64,000 nucleotides of DNA from Tubulanus polymorphus (taxonomy: Eukaryota > Animalia > Nemertea), in assembly GCF_964204645.1 (NCBI RefSeq), contig NC_134027.1, positions 1,892,485-1,956,484 of the forward strand, written 5' to 3'. A program made the translations under genes and the position numbers. The notes beneath the pieces were generated by a model. It had not been told where the DNA came from. It ran no database searches and saw nothing but the letters and a program-made list of their open reading frames with translations. This document shows positions 13,001-26,110 of this stretch, in pieces (positions within the stretch are counted from its first letter, which is position 1; every line of letters begins with the position of its first letter).

Positions 13001-16000
13001 TGAGTGGGAAGAATCGGGGAAACTGAGGAAATTTGTAAATTGGAGGAAAGTGTATAAAAATCCGGCAATAAGAAATAGATACTAGTCCCAAATATTTCCT
13101 TCAGCTAATATTTGATTCAACGTTTTGACTATATCTTAAAAGTCATCTTCAATAATACTATATACAAATTAAATAGTCATCAGTTTGCTCTTTGTTGCTA
13201 TACTAAGATCAAGAACATATTTATGTAGCTTTGAATTGATAAATGCTATGTTTTTGTTGACAGGAATTACAGGATTTAGTGAAGCAGGAGCAGAGTGTTA
13301 TTATTCAGACGAGTAACGCGTTGAACAAGTGCTGTAACAAAAACTCAACATTTGCGGGTTCTCTGGAACAGGTCGAATGTAACAAAATCTTACTGATAGC
13401 GTGTAAGTTATTCGTAGAGAAAAACAACGATAAAATTCATACGTTCAAATCATTAAGGGGTCATTCATTTATTACGTACGCATAAAATTTGCATTTTTCA
13501 ACCCCCCCTCCCCCTCTGTACGCAAAATCGGCCATTTTTTCGCATACATTAAGCATTACAGTTCGCAATTGCACTGATCCCTCCCCTAATGTGTACGTAA
13601 TAAATGAATGACCCCCCAAATATGTGTAGAATATGTATTACTATTCAGGTCAAAGACGACAAGCTTACATAGAAGAGATAGAAAGGTTGAAACGTGCTCC
13701 TCCAGCTCCCGCGGTCAGTGGTTGTAAGGGTTCATTAACGCTCAGCGATCTAAAACTTCCGCTGAAGAAAGAGTTCGTTGCTCGGATGTGCAGCAGATCA
13801 GGTTTGATGGCTTCTGTTCGATCGATCTCTGACGTTCCTCTCGTCTCTATTTTTACAAATATTTAGAAATTTGTATTCTTAATTTTTCCAGGAACATTTT
13901 CAGACAATACGATTCACTACTTTCTCGTGCTGGTGAAAGATGGCGCTCATGTGATCGTAACGCAAATGGTTTCTACGCACGACACCGGGTCGCGAGGATT
14001 GCTCGAATTTCCTAATCTCATAAAACTTAGCGACGTCAGAAGTGATTTCAAATTTAGCATCGAAGTCTACGGAATGGTAAGAGTAAATTGATGATTCTTG
14101 TGTGAAAAGTCTCACTTGATCTATAAGTCATTCTTTTATCTTTACTAGTCCATCACTAAAGAAGTTCAAGAAAAGGAAAAATCGAAAAAAGGTTTCACTC
14201 CGAAGAAATTACTGGGTAGAGTGAAAGGCCACAAGGAAACTTGTTACGGAGCTGGTAAGAACTTTTGATTTCTTTCATTTTACAATTTCAAGCGCATTCC
14301 TCCTCCTTTAATCTATAACGAATAATTGATTGAATTCAGGTCCGTCTGAAGCGATGTCCGTGCGAACAACAAACTTCTCACTGGTTTCATCCATCAATAT
14401 AACACTGAAATCATTACACAATCGAACTTTCAACCTTCCTCGTGTAAGTTATCACATTCTGGTTACAAATCAGTGAATTCCGGCCATTTCCTTGAAAATC
14501 AGGGAATTTGAATTTTCTGTGTCTTGTTCTTACTGGTGATGAGTGGCACAAGGAACCTGTTGATAAGAAACAGCCCCCACTGAGAATATCATATAATCTA
14601 ATCCAGGAACTTTGATCTCGGATCGCAGATAAATCGGGGTATTTTAGGTTTCCTGATCTGTTATGTATGTATTTGTGTTACAAAGGTACCGATGAACTCG
14701 CCTCTAGATGGTTACATTCATATGAAACTAAGGTGTATTCTAGAAACAAACGTTGAAGAACGAGGATTCTTGGTGAGTTACATACTTAGATATTCCTCAT
14801 TCTGTACCCAGACAACCCGGTTAACCCAGCATTGAGGTTTTTATGATTCTCAACTCAGTATCCAGTCAACTCTTCCGAGTTCACCGTAGTATTACAGGGA
14901 AACTTGTTTATCGAATGTATTTCCCAATTCTCTAAAGGTATGTTGTATTCTTAATTCTGGTTTGTTTGTAGACAATGTTTGAAGATGTGAGTGGTTTCGG
15001 TGCTTGGCACAGGCGTTGGTGTGTGCTGGGCAACAATCAAATGAGATATTGGAAATATCCCGATGATGAACACAAAAAGGTCAGTTTTTCTGCCTACGGT
15101 CAAACTCATTGAAGTCGTCATCGCTATCATTACATCGATGACTATCCAAATGATGATTTTCACTTAATAGATTATGCGAAAATAGATACAACTGTGTTGG
15201 AGTTAAAGAATCTAAAACGTCGAATTAATTGATTGATTTCTCTCAATATTTATCTGTAGGAACCGATGGGAACTATCAATTTGAAAAACTGCATCACAGA
15301 CAAAGTGGGTCTGATACCGAGAGATATCTGCGCGAGACCGAACACGTTTGAATTGACGTGCATCAGACCTCACAGTACCGGAGATAAGAATACGTTAGTT
15401 ACGTGGAGTTACGACACGACTACTGCTACAAAGTAAGATCTTCGTTTTTACTTCTCCAAATTCAGATAAACTGCGACTGGGGAAATTAGAGTTTACGATC
15501 GAAGAAATAAGATGATAGAAAATCAGAAAATAATCGTTTTTTGGACCAATTACGATAGTCACAGTCAGCCATGTCTAATTTCCCACAGAACATGGAGATT
15601 GGGGAAAGCTTTTGAATTTGGAATTAAGAATTCCCAGTTAGGAAATATTTGGGAATTTTAAAAATTTTCCTCAAATTGGGGAAATATTTGGGAAATTCAT
15701 TTTTACATTTCACGTAATTGCATTGACCATGGACAACTTTCTTCAGCGATTTCCCTTGGGAACCCCCTTTATCAACTAGTCGCCGCTAAAATTTTTACTG
15801 CAGCATGGTGGTATCTGTTCATTTTCATTTGGGAAAATTAAGAAATCACCCGTGAAATGCTTGGGAAAAACCTGGGAAATTTTAATTCATGTTACTTTGG
15901 GAACCATGTTATGAGTTTGTCTGATGTGATGATGTTTTGGATAAGATTCTGACCAGTTTGAATAATGATGTATTAATTCCTAAAGTGAACTGTTTAATTG

Positions 16001-16136
16001 TAGGCACATGTTATCAGCAGATACAAAGGAAGATCGTTTGGTGTGGTGTGAAAAATTGAACAAAGCTCTGGAGAATATTCGTACCTGGCAGACGGATGCT
16101 GTACGGCCGATTAAACCTGCGAAACGTGTCTTATAA
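7021..16136 (+). CDS. ANLN: Anillin, ~18 exons (7021-7038, 7791-7963, 8044-8166, 8325-8424, 8534-9689, 10000-10126, 11382-12349, 12464-12570, 12661-12785, 13264-13402, 13650-13801, 13892-14076, 14149-14253, 14340-14443, 14686-14772, 14972-15079, 15260-15432, 16003-16136)
   Basis: N-terminus MDPFTQ|[18 protein letters not shown]; [10 protein letters not shown]; anillin homology domain ([18 protein letters not shown]); PH domain [20 protein letters not shown]...CARPNTFEL...[11 protein letters not shown]. Confidence 0.93.
7201..7645. mobile_element. Non-autonomous TIR element in ANLN intron 1 with an internal tRNA-like segment
   Basis: ~57-bp imperfect inverted repeats 7201-7257 / 7589-7645; internal GGGTTAGGG-like runs. 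Confidence 0.7.
7423..7495 (+). pseudogene. Degenerate tRNA-Pro-like / SINE-head sequence
   Basis: GCTCGGTGGTCTAGTGGTATGAT (A box, resembles the tRNA-Pro 5' end) and CCCGGGTTCAAGTCTCG (B box/T arm); anticodon arm and acceptor stem do not pair well. Confidence 0.55.
13457..13615. mobile_element. Harbinger/Tourist-like MITE in an ANLN intron
   Basis: TIRs GGGGTCATTCATTTATTACGTAC ... GTACGTAATAAATGAATGACCCC; TAA on the left. Confidence 0.75.
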
Positions 16137-19100
16137 TAATCACACTCTGTATAAAACTCATATATGTGCAATTATCTGAATTACTCATTTAAAGTTTGAG
16201 AGAATTTGGTGCTTTTAATATAAGATAAAACAACAATATACAGGAGTCTGTGATAGTAGTCGATCTATTGCGCCTCTAAATTCATTACAAAGCATCTAAC
16301 TTGAAGATGAATCCTATATTTGCATCTAACTTGCATAATTCTCTATAATGTATATTATGCTTCCTGTTATAATTTACTTTGCTTTGATAATTCGTGTGAA
16401 TGAAGGTTTTTTGAGATGGATGTTGAAATGAGTGAAAGTTGCGGTGAATGAATGAATCTATCTATGTATAGTGCCACTTCAATCCTTCTAAGATGACGTA
16501 GAATCTTACAATTGATATTAATTGATGAATAGTTTGTGTAATGTTTACTGAGTTTAGTACATATGTATCTATTTTCATAAGAAACACGTCGTATTTTTCA
16601 ACTGTCTTGTATAATTATCGATCCACCCTTGTAATGTATTATATATGTAATAAACTATGTTCACTATGCTTTACATTCATTCTTTTATTATTTTATTGCG
16701 CTACAATTCAATATTGGATGATTCCAAGTGCGGTCTTAACCGGGGGTCTTAAATCTGTTTTAATCATGAAAATGGTCTTTAAGTATCTAAACCGCCCCTG
16801 GAACCGGCCCCCATGACGTAAAATGCCTTCACGGATAAGGGTCACTTTAAGAATCAGGATTATTATTTGTATCCGGAAATAATGAGATACGTTATGAATG
16901 TGGAAGCGGTAAAGCGTAACGGCGGCGGTGGTGGTGTAGCGATCAACTCGACCTCGCGGTGAATCTAGTCAAGGACGATGCTCTCCCTGATTGGTCACTG
17001 CATGAATGCCGGCCCGAATAGTCTCCCAAATCCGTAACGCGTCAATAGGTTTGAGAGCATTTGGCGCCCTGTCTAAAAATCGCCGCACTCCATGTCCGCT
17101 GATCCGCCGGCGTGTATGCTGTACTAATGTATACTGGGCTGAATGTTCAAACATGAACAAGAAATTCGCCGTTTCTAACATTTTCATGGTGAGAAAGTTT
17201 GATTTCAAAATTATTGTTTTTTATCCAAGCAGTAACATCTCATCTAGCCTAAGTTGTATAGTGAACACTTCCCAAACAATTTCATCATTTTCATAAATCG
17301 TTTTTTTATATTCCCAAATTATTTTCATTTTGTTGTAGCCTAATAATTCATGTTTTTACTTGCAGAGTTTGAACTGTATTTTCTTCTCTGCTTCATTTTG
17401 TAACGTTATTCTGATTCCAAGAAATTATCTACTATTTTCTTTATTTCCAGCCTCAGAAAGTTAGAAGTGTTTTTTAAGGAGACTGTCAAACAAATCCATC
17501 GAATGCAAGATGAACCAAGTAGTCGACCCATCGACCCATCGTGACCTAGAACTACTCATGATGAACGACTACTAGAAACTACTAGGGTCCAATGAACTAT
17601 TAGAACTAAAAGAAGATGAACTCCTAGAAAATGAACTACTACTAGAACTACTGATAGTACTACCTCCCAGTTGATGATTGTGGCAATATAAAAAAGATAA
17701 GTTTGATTTATTTTTCTATTCCGGGAGAGAAAGGAGAGAGTGGAGTCCCATAGGGTTTACAAAACCCAAAAAATTGAACGTGTGAAAATACACTAAGAAT
17801 GAGGTGTCGAAAAGCTTTTTTAAAAGCTCATCTCAAAAAGCTTAGATTTCTAACGCTTAATATCTAACTGAAAGTGAAAAGAAAAAAATCATCCAAATGA
17901 CACAAAATCGTTAAACGATGTTCTGTGTCTGCACCGCATGAGTTCACAATCATTACTTCACATAAGAAAACTTAAAGGAAAAGATCGCAAAACGACTTTT
18001 CTCTTTATCAGCCTCATAACAAAACTTCTATTGGGCCAAAATCTTGCTAACAAAATACGTTCAAAACAAGATCTTGTCTCTGTTAGCTCTGTGCTGGAAT
18101 TAATACAGCGTATATTAGCTTTACTCATGTGTTAAGATAGAAATATGTGAACTATTGCTTCGTAAATGTGTAAGTAAATTCTTATTACATCTGCCAAGCA
18201 GTAATTTAATGTAGTTTTTAATCAGTAATAGTCTTGTAAATGTTGAGTGGTTTAATGAGCTTGCCTTTAATCATTGTAAGTTGTTTAGAATTCAGTATCT
18301 GTTCTGAAATGTATAAGTGTTAAAAGGTGTATATTTTAGCCTAGTTGACTTGTTCTCTAGGTCTAATGTTGAGCACGCTTGCAACGTCTCAAAATAAGTT
18401 GTCTCGCTATAGTATTTTATAAGCTGTTTAGTCACTAGTCGAGTGGATGCTAGTTCACTTGGCTACGTGTACTAACTAATCATAGTCTCACTAGTATTAA
18501 AAAGTATTAAACATCATCTTTATAAAGTTCTGTGATAGAGAAATAATATGACTCAATATAGGATAGAATGTACTATAGAATATTAGTTCTTACAGTTTGT
18601 TTGACTGAAAAGATTATATGAAGGTGTATAACCATTAGTTTGATCGCTAGCCCCCCTAAATCCTACTAACAAAGTTCAAATTGTCTCTGTGAGCTCTGTG
18701 AAAGGTGTATTATAGAAACTAGAAACTGTTTAAAACAGTTACTAGTTTCTCATAGTATTTTGTATAACGAAATCAAGCGCTGTTTAATCACTGACTAATT
18801 AGACTTAAGTTCTATTGGTTCAGTGGTGAGCACGCTTGTCTTGTGCCTTTACGTATAATAAGATCATCTCCGCGAGCTCTGTTTTAATCATTTTATCATC
18901 AAAGTTCCTCTGTCATAATTCCTTAATTTGGAATATATTCTTAATGATAAATTCTTTTAATTAATTTGTTAATTGTCTCTGTAGAAATGCGTATAATTTC
19001 GAGGTGTTCAGTCTTTTTTTACTTGAAATTGTAATCCCTTAAGTATTTGCAATATTCCAAATATTTTCTTACCGATTTCTCAATCTCAATTTAAAAAAGA

Positions 19101-22100
19101 ATCATCAAGATCTCTTTTAATAAAGCCTCATATGTTGATGTGGAGTTGATATCTAGTTTTACTTGTTTGCTAGTTCTGGATTCCCAGTAAGTGTTAGGCA
19201 CATTAAGGTCAACTTAGAGAATTTATAGTGAAATCTTGATCTTCTGAAGAATACTCATCATTCCATCTTAGTTACTGAAATCTCTATTTTGCAAAGATTC
19301 ACAATAAATCCAATATCTTTATACATCAATATTTCAATATCGATGATGATCAAATGCTTTTAGAAGTGAAGTTGAAAAGTTGAATTGAATCAATTGAAGT
19401 TTCTCATTTTGTTCGTGTTATTTCGAATGTGAATATAATCTTAGTCAATCGTCTGAATCTTGTGAAAATTTTTCGTAAAAGAATCGTCATTCCATCTTTG
19501 TTAGTTATATCTTAATTTTGAAAGGAATCAATTGAATTTACTACTCACTTTGTTCATGAAATATTATTCTGATACAAAACTATTGTATCTCAGAAAATCA
19601 AGTTCTTACGTTCAAATTCATTGTTTTGAAATGAATTCCGTAAATCAATTCAATTTAAATTTAAGTCGAAAAAAAAACAATTTTGATATTGAATATTGAT
19701 ATTTATATAGATATGAATATCTAATAGAATAATTGACATTAAGTAGAAATTGAATCCGCTTATTGTCAATTTAATACAAATCTGCGCAACCTTCTTGGAG
19801 CAGGTTTCAGTCAAAATGAACAAATGTCTGGTTATTTAAAATATTCTAATTGATTCAATTTGCACCAAACAATCAAAAATAGAAATCCCTTGAAATAAAG
19901 TGATTGTGAGTAAAAGCTTTTTACGCTTTGAAACTTCACTTCAAATTTAGTTTTCAGTGATATCAGTGTCAATAAAATGATTAGGAACTAGAAAAAAATG
20001 AAGTGCCTTTTTTGAAATAAATACAGGACTTGTCCGAGTACAATTCTAAAGATTTATCAGTTTCAATCTGGTCTAATTCAAGGCCACTAGTGTGAACTAA
20101 TTTATGTGGTAGTTATTTTATGTAATGCTCTGCATAAATGGTTCGATTTCATTCAATTTACCTTCATTCATATTTTGAATATATTTTTACCATTAATTTG
20201 TTTGTACTCGTATTAGACTGAAGTCCTTCAACATTTAATGGCACTTTTTCAAAATATCGTAATTGTGAGGTATATTTACAATTCATATTGATGATTCAAT
20301 ATCATTTATTTAAGGCTGTTTTATGTTTTGTGTGTAGAGTTCTATTAATAACATTAGGTTAGAGATACAATAAATGAGTGGTGAGGTGTCGTTTTGGGAC
20401 TTCTCCGAGTACAAATTTACAATTCAACATTTCACCATTCTTTATTTGTTAAGTCAGTTTAACCGGTCAAAAAGGACCACCGCGAACTCATTCATGTCTT
20501 ATACATAATGGTTTGCCTCATTCAATTTAACACATGTTTCTATTTTCAGCGTGCTCGTATTAGATGAAAGTCCCGATTCATTTGTGGCACTCTCTCCACT
20601 CTCATTTGCATAATCATTATAATTGTTTTAATCACATGTATTCAATTCCATGTTATGTTCTGAATGTTATCAGTTAAAATGTGAAAGAGTTTCTCAAAAT
20701 TATTTGGTGATTTCTATGTTTGTTTGGTGCTACTGCTGCTGCTGTGCTACTCCTTAAGTTTGAATTCAGAAAACCAGACTAATGATATTTGAGAGATGAA
20801 ACCTGCATGAATAATGGTTGTCGCTATTTCATCTGAAACTTGTGATACAAAATTACTGTATCACTTAACATTGAGTTTTTCATTTTGACGGGAAAAACTC
20901 CAATAATGATTTTCTATTTGACGGAAAAAAATCCTTAGAATTTTTGTGTTTTTCTCCTTGACTGAAAAACACGGTAATAAATCGAGAATTTCAGAGCCAG
21001 TCCTCTGATAATATCATCCATGAAAAAGAACTTTCAGAGAGACTTTTGATATGAAATTCTAAATGTTTGTTGCTAATTACTGTGTCACTTCTATCAGTAT
21101 TTTGATATATCGTCAATTAGCAGATGTTGATATACCTAGTGTAGTCGGTGAATCTTTGTTACTAGAATCTCAATATTAAGGGTTTTGACAATATTTGAAA
21201 TGTCTTCTTACTGAAGGCTCAATCTTTGTTTGTAAAATCTCAATTTCAAAAAGAGTCATTTCAAGATCTCTTTCAGTCAAAGCTTCACTTTTTGATGACA
21301 AGTTGATATTTACTGATATTTAGTCCAGTGGTTTAAAAGTTCTGGATTTCCAGTAAAAGTGTTCTGTCACATTTTGTGTCTCTTGAAATGCATTAATAAG
21401 AAGTTGGTTTTATCCATAAGACTGTAATCACTAATCACAATGAGTTGTACTTGACTTGACACTTGGCCACTTGTGGTAGCCACGCATTCAGCCTTATCAG
21501 AGACAAAGATTTAGACCTTTCCTGAGCAATAGGTGGCGCTACCATCCTCTCAAACTCTCCCAAAATCACTTAAACCTTACAATCAGAGCTTTGGGTAAGT
21601 GTGCGGAGATGATGGTGTCCGAGCAATAGGTGGCGCTACCAGCCTTCCTATAGCTCTTAGATCTCAAAAACTCCCCTAAAACTAAAAATACATTAAACTT
21701 TGATCAGAGCATCGGGTAAGTGCGCAGAGACTATGGTGCCTGAGCGATTATAGGTGGCGCTACCAGCCTTCCTATAGCTCCCAACTCTCAGTGCTAAAGG
21801 TAGGATGGTGAAGAGCAATAGGTGGCGTTACCAGTCACCTAGAACTCGTAAATCACACATCCACCTTTTAGTACTGTCTATTCCTATCAGAGCGCAGAGA
21901 CTAAAGGGCCTGAGCAATAGGTGGCGTTACCAGTCTCTCTATTAGCTCCCAACTTAACAAACTCCAATAAGTACTTTTCCCGCCTAATCAAAGAAAATCG
22001 TCTAAAAATAGACAGCCCCGAAAAATGTCAAAAGAAAATCAAAACTCCTCGGACAATGAGGTTCAGTAGGATCTCAATGTCTTTTTAAAGACACTGTGGA

Positions 22101-25100
22101 CTTTGTACCAAATCAACGTTAACTGATCTTGTATCAGAGAAATCTACGTTAATGATCACTGTCTTAAATAGTGATTAACTAACGCTACTAATACTAATCA
22201 ATCGGGGGTTTATTGACAATGACTGAACAAATAATACAATTATTGCAATTGTAAACGACCGAGACGGATTTTAACTTCTCCATGTAAAATAATAAGATGT
22301 TCGAACGGATTTTACGCCTCAAAAATATCATTTCTTTCCAGCTGAATATTCCATGAAGAATTAGCACAGTCATGTTCATAAACACTACCAGAAGAATCCA
22401 GCAGATGCATCGTGGAACCACCAGTTGATCCACACTACCTCGCAGTTGATCCACACTGATGATTGTCGCAATATAAAAAAGCTAAGTTTGATTTATTTTT
22501 CTATTGCGGGAGAGAAAGGAGAGAGCGAAGTGCCACAGGGTTTACAAAACCCAAAAATAGAATGTGTAAAAATACACATGAATGAGGTGTCGAAAAGCTT
22601 TTTTAAAAGCTCATCTCAAAACTTAGATTCTTTATTCTTGGGTGAGGGGTGAGAGGGAGAGAATGGAGTGCTGAGGGTTTACAAAACCCAAATATAGAAT
22701 GTGTGAAAATACACTAAGAATGAGGTGTCGAAAAGCTTTTTTAAAAGCTCATCTCAAAAAACTTAGATTTCTAACGCTTAATATCTAACTGAAAGTGAAA
22801 AGAAAAAAATCATCCAAATGACACAAAATCGTTAAACGATGTTCTGTGTCTGCACCGCACGAGTTCACAATCATTACTTCACATAAGAAAACTTAAAGGA
22901 AAAGATCGTAAAACGACTTTTCTCATTATCAGCCTCATAACAAAACTTCTATTGGGCCAAAATCTTGCTAACAAAATACGTTCAAAACAAGATCTTGTCT
23001 CTGTTAGCTCTGTGCTGGAATTAATATAGCGTATATTAGCTTTACTGATGTGTTAAGATAGAAATATGTGAACTATTGCTTCGTAAATGTGTAAGTAAAT
23101 TCTTATTACATCTGCCAAGCAGTAATTTAATGTAGTTTTTAATCAGTAATAGTCTTGTAAATGTTGAGTGGTTTAATGAGCTTGCCTTTAATCATTGTAA
23201 GTTGTTTAGAATTCAGTATCTGTTCTGAAATGTGTAATTGTTAAAAGGTGTATATTTTAGCCTAGTTGACTTGTTCTCTAGGTCTAATGTTGAGCACGCT
23301 TGCAACGTCTCAAAATAAGTTGTTTCGCTATAGTATTTTATAAGCTGTTTAGTCACTAGTCGAGTGGATGCTAGTTCACTTGGCTACGTGTACTAACTAA
23401 TCATAGTCTCACTAGTATTAAAAAGTATTCAACATCATCTTTATAAAGTTCTGTGATAGAGAAATAATGTGACTCAATATAGGATAGAATGTACTATAGA
23501 ATATTAGTTCTTACAGTTTGTTTGACTGAAAAGATTATATGAAGGTGTATAACCATTAGTTTGATCGCTAGCCCCCCTAAATCCTACTAACAAAGTTCAA
23601 ATTGTCTCTGTGAGCTCTGTTAAAGGTGTATTATAGAAACTAGAAACTGTTTAAAACAGTTACTAGTTTCTCATAGTATTTTGTATAACGAAATCAAGCG
23701 CTGTTTAATCACTGACTAATTAGACTTAAGTTCTATTGGTTCAGTGGTGAGCACGCTTGTCTTGTGCCTTTACGTATAATAAGATCATCTCCGCGAGCTC
23801 TGTTTTAATCATTTTATCATCAAAGTTCCTATGTCATAATTCCTTAATTTGAAATATATTCTTAATGATGAATTCTTTTAATTAATTTGTTAATTGTCTC
23901 TGTAGAAATGCGTACAATCTCAAGGTGATCAGTCTTTTTTTACTTGAAATTGTAATCGCTTTAGTATTTGCAATATTCCACATATTTTCTTACCAATTTC
24001 TCAATCTCAATTTAAAAAAGAATCATCAAGATCTCTTTTAATGTAGCCTCATATTTTGATGTGGAGTTGATATTTAGTTTTACTGGTTTGCTAGTTCTGG
24101 ATTCCCAGTAAGTGTTAGGCACATTAAGGTCAACTTAGAGAATTTATAGTGAAATCTTGATCTTCTGAAGAATACTCATCATTCCATCTTAGTTACTGAA
24201 ATCTCTATTTTGCAAAAGATTCACAATAAATCCAATATCTTTATACATCAATATTTCAATATCGATGATGATCAAATGCTTTTAGAAGTGAAGTTGAAAA
24301 GTTGAATTGAATCAATTGAAGTTTCTCATTTTGTTCGTGTTATTTCGAATGTGAATATAATCTTAGTCAATCGTCTGAATCTTGTGAAAATTTTTCGTAA
24401 AAGAATCGTCATTCCATCTTTGTTAGTTATATCTTAATTGAAAGGAATCAATTGAATTTACTCCTCACGTTCATGAAATATTATTCTGATACAAAACTAT
24501 TGTATCTCAGAAAATCAAGCGAAGTTCTTACGTTCAAATTCATTGTTTTGAAATGAATTCCGTGAATCAATTCAATTTAAATTTAAGTCGAAAAAAAAAA
24601 CAATTTTGATATTGAATATTGATATTTATATAGATATGAATATCTGATGGAATAATTGACATTAAGTAGAAATTGAATCCGCTTATTGTCAATTTAATAC
24701 AAATCTGCGCAACCTTCTTGGAGCAGGTTTCAGTCAAAATGAAAAAATGTCTGGTTATTTAAAATATTCTAATTAATTCGATTTGCACCAAACAATCAAA
24801 AATAGAAATCCCTTGAAATAAAGTTATTGTGAGTAAAAGCTTTTTACGCTTTGAAACTTCACTTCAAATTTAGTTATCAGTGATATCAGTGTCAATAAAA
24901 TGATAAGGAACTAGAAAAAAATGAAGTGCCTTTTTTGAAATGAATACAGGACTTGTCCGAGTACAATTCTAAAGATTTATCAGTTTTAATCAGGTCTAAT
25001 TCAAGGCCACTAGTGTGAACTAATTTATGTAGTAGTTATTTTATGTAATGCTCTGCATAAATGGTTTGATTTCAATCAATTTACCTTCATTCATATTTTG

Positions 25101-25991
25101 AATATATTTTTACCGTTAATTTGTTTGTACTCGTATTAGACTGAAGTCCTTCAACATTTAATGGCACCTTTTCAAAATATCGTAATTGTGAGGTATATTT
25201 ACAATTCATATTGATGATTCAATATCATTTATTTAAGGCTGTTATATGTTTTTTGTGTAGAATTCTATTGATAACATTAGGTTAGAGATACAATAAATGA
25301 GTGGTGAGGTGTCGTTTTGGGACTTCTCCGAGTACAAATTTACAATTCAACATTTCACCATTCTTTATTTGTTAAGTCAGTTTAACCGGTCAAAAAGGAC
25401 CACCGCGAACTCATTCATGTCTTATACATAATGGTTTGCCTCATTCAATTTAACACAATTTTCTATTTTCAGCGTGCTCGTATTAGATGAAAGTCCCGAT
25501 TCATTTGTGGCACTCTCTCCACTCTCATTTGCATAATCATTATAATTATTTTAATCACATGTATTCAATTCCATGTTATGTTCTGAATGTTATCAGTTAA
25601 AATGTGAAAGAGTTTCTCAAAATTATTTGGTGATTTCTATGTTTGTTTGGTGCTACTGCTGCTGCTGTGCTACTCCAAGTTTGAATTCAGAAAACCAGAC
25701 TAATGATATTTGAGAGATGAAACCTGCATGAATAATGGTTGTCGCTATTTCATCTGAAACTTGTGATACAAAATTACTGTATCACTTAACATTGAGTTTT
25801 TCATTTTGACGGGAAAAACTTCAATAATGATTTTCTATTTGATGGAAAAAAATCCTTAGAATCTTTGTGTTTTTCTCCTTGACTGAAAAACACGGTAATA
25901 AATCGAGAATTTCAGAGCCAGTCCTCTGATAATATCATCCATGAAAATGAACTTTCAGAGAAACTTTTGATATGAAATTCTGAATGTTTGT

Positions 25992-26110
25992 GACAAGAGA
26001 AATCCCACAATAACAAAGCCAAAATTGAAAAATTCTATATCAGAATGATTATAGTTGAGGAGCGACGTTTCGGCTAACAACTGTTAGCCATCATCAGGCG
26101 TACTGAAAGT
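25992..26110 (-). mobile_element. 119-bp insertion in macrosatellite unit 2, probable Penelope-like element remnant
   Basis: Absent from units 1, 3 and 4; flanked by ATGTTTGT duplication (25984-25991 / 26111-26118); contains a hammerhead core. Confidence 0.75.
26062..26099 (-). ncRNA. Minimal type I hammerhead ribozyme motif
   Basis: Minus strand reads GC-CTGATGA-T-GGCTAACA-GT-TGTTAGCC-GAAA-CGTC-GC: catalytic core, 8-bp stem II, palindromic ACGT stem III, GUC triplet; stem I only ~2 bp. Confidence 0.75.

Noticed and set aside
16707-16870. Possible terminal inverted repeat with 48200-48300
   Set aside because: Only scattered short matches (TGACGTA, AAGA(A/T)TCAGG); no continuous alignment
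19030-20450. Possible decayed Polinton/Maverick DNA polymerase fragments on the minus strand (FTHN, IDSFQ, YLEYCK-like words)
   Set aside because: Words are short, need frameshifts and are wrongly spaced in very AT-rich DNA; a translated HMM search would be needed
21521-21933. CRISPR-like repeat-spacer appearance of the GAGCAATAGGTGGCGCTACC motif
   Set aside because: Eukaryotic context, no cas genes, and spacers are irregular and homologous to each other
22456-22485. CTGATGA followed by a small hairpin in each unit, as a possible hammerhead
   Set aside because: No GAAA core or stems I/III follow
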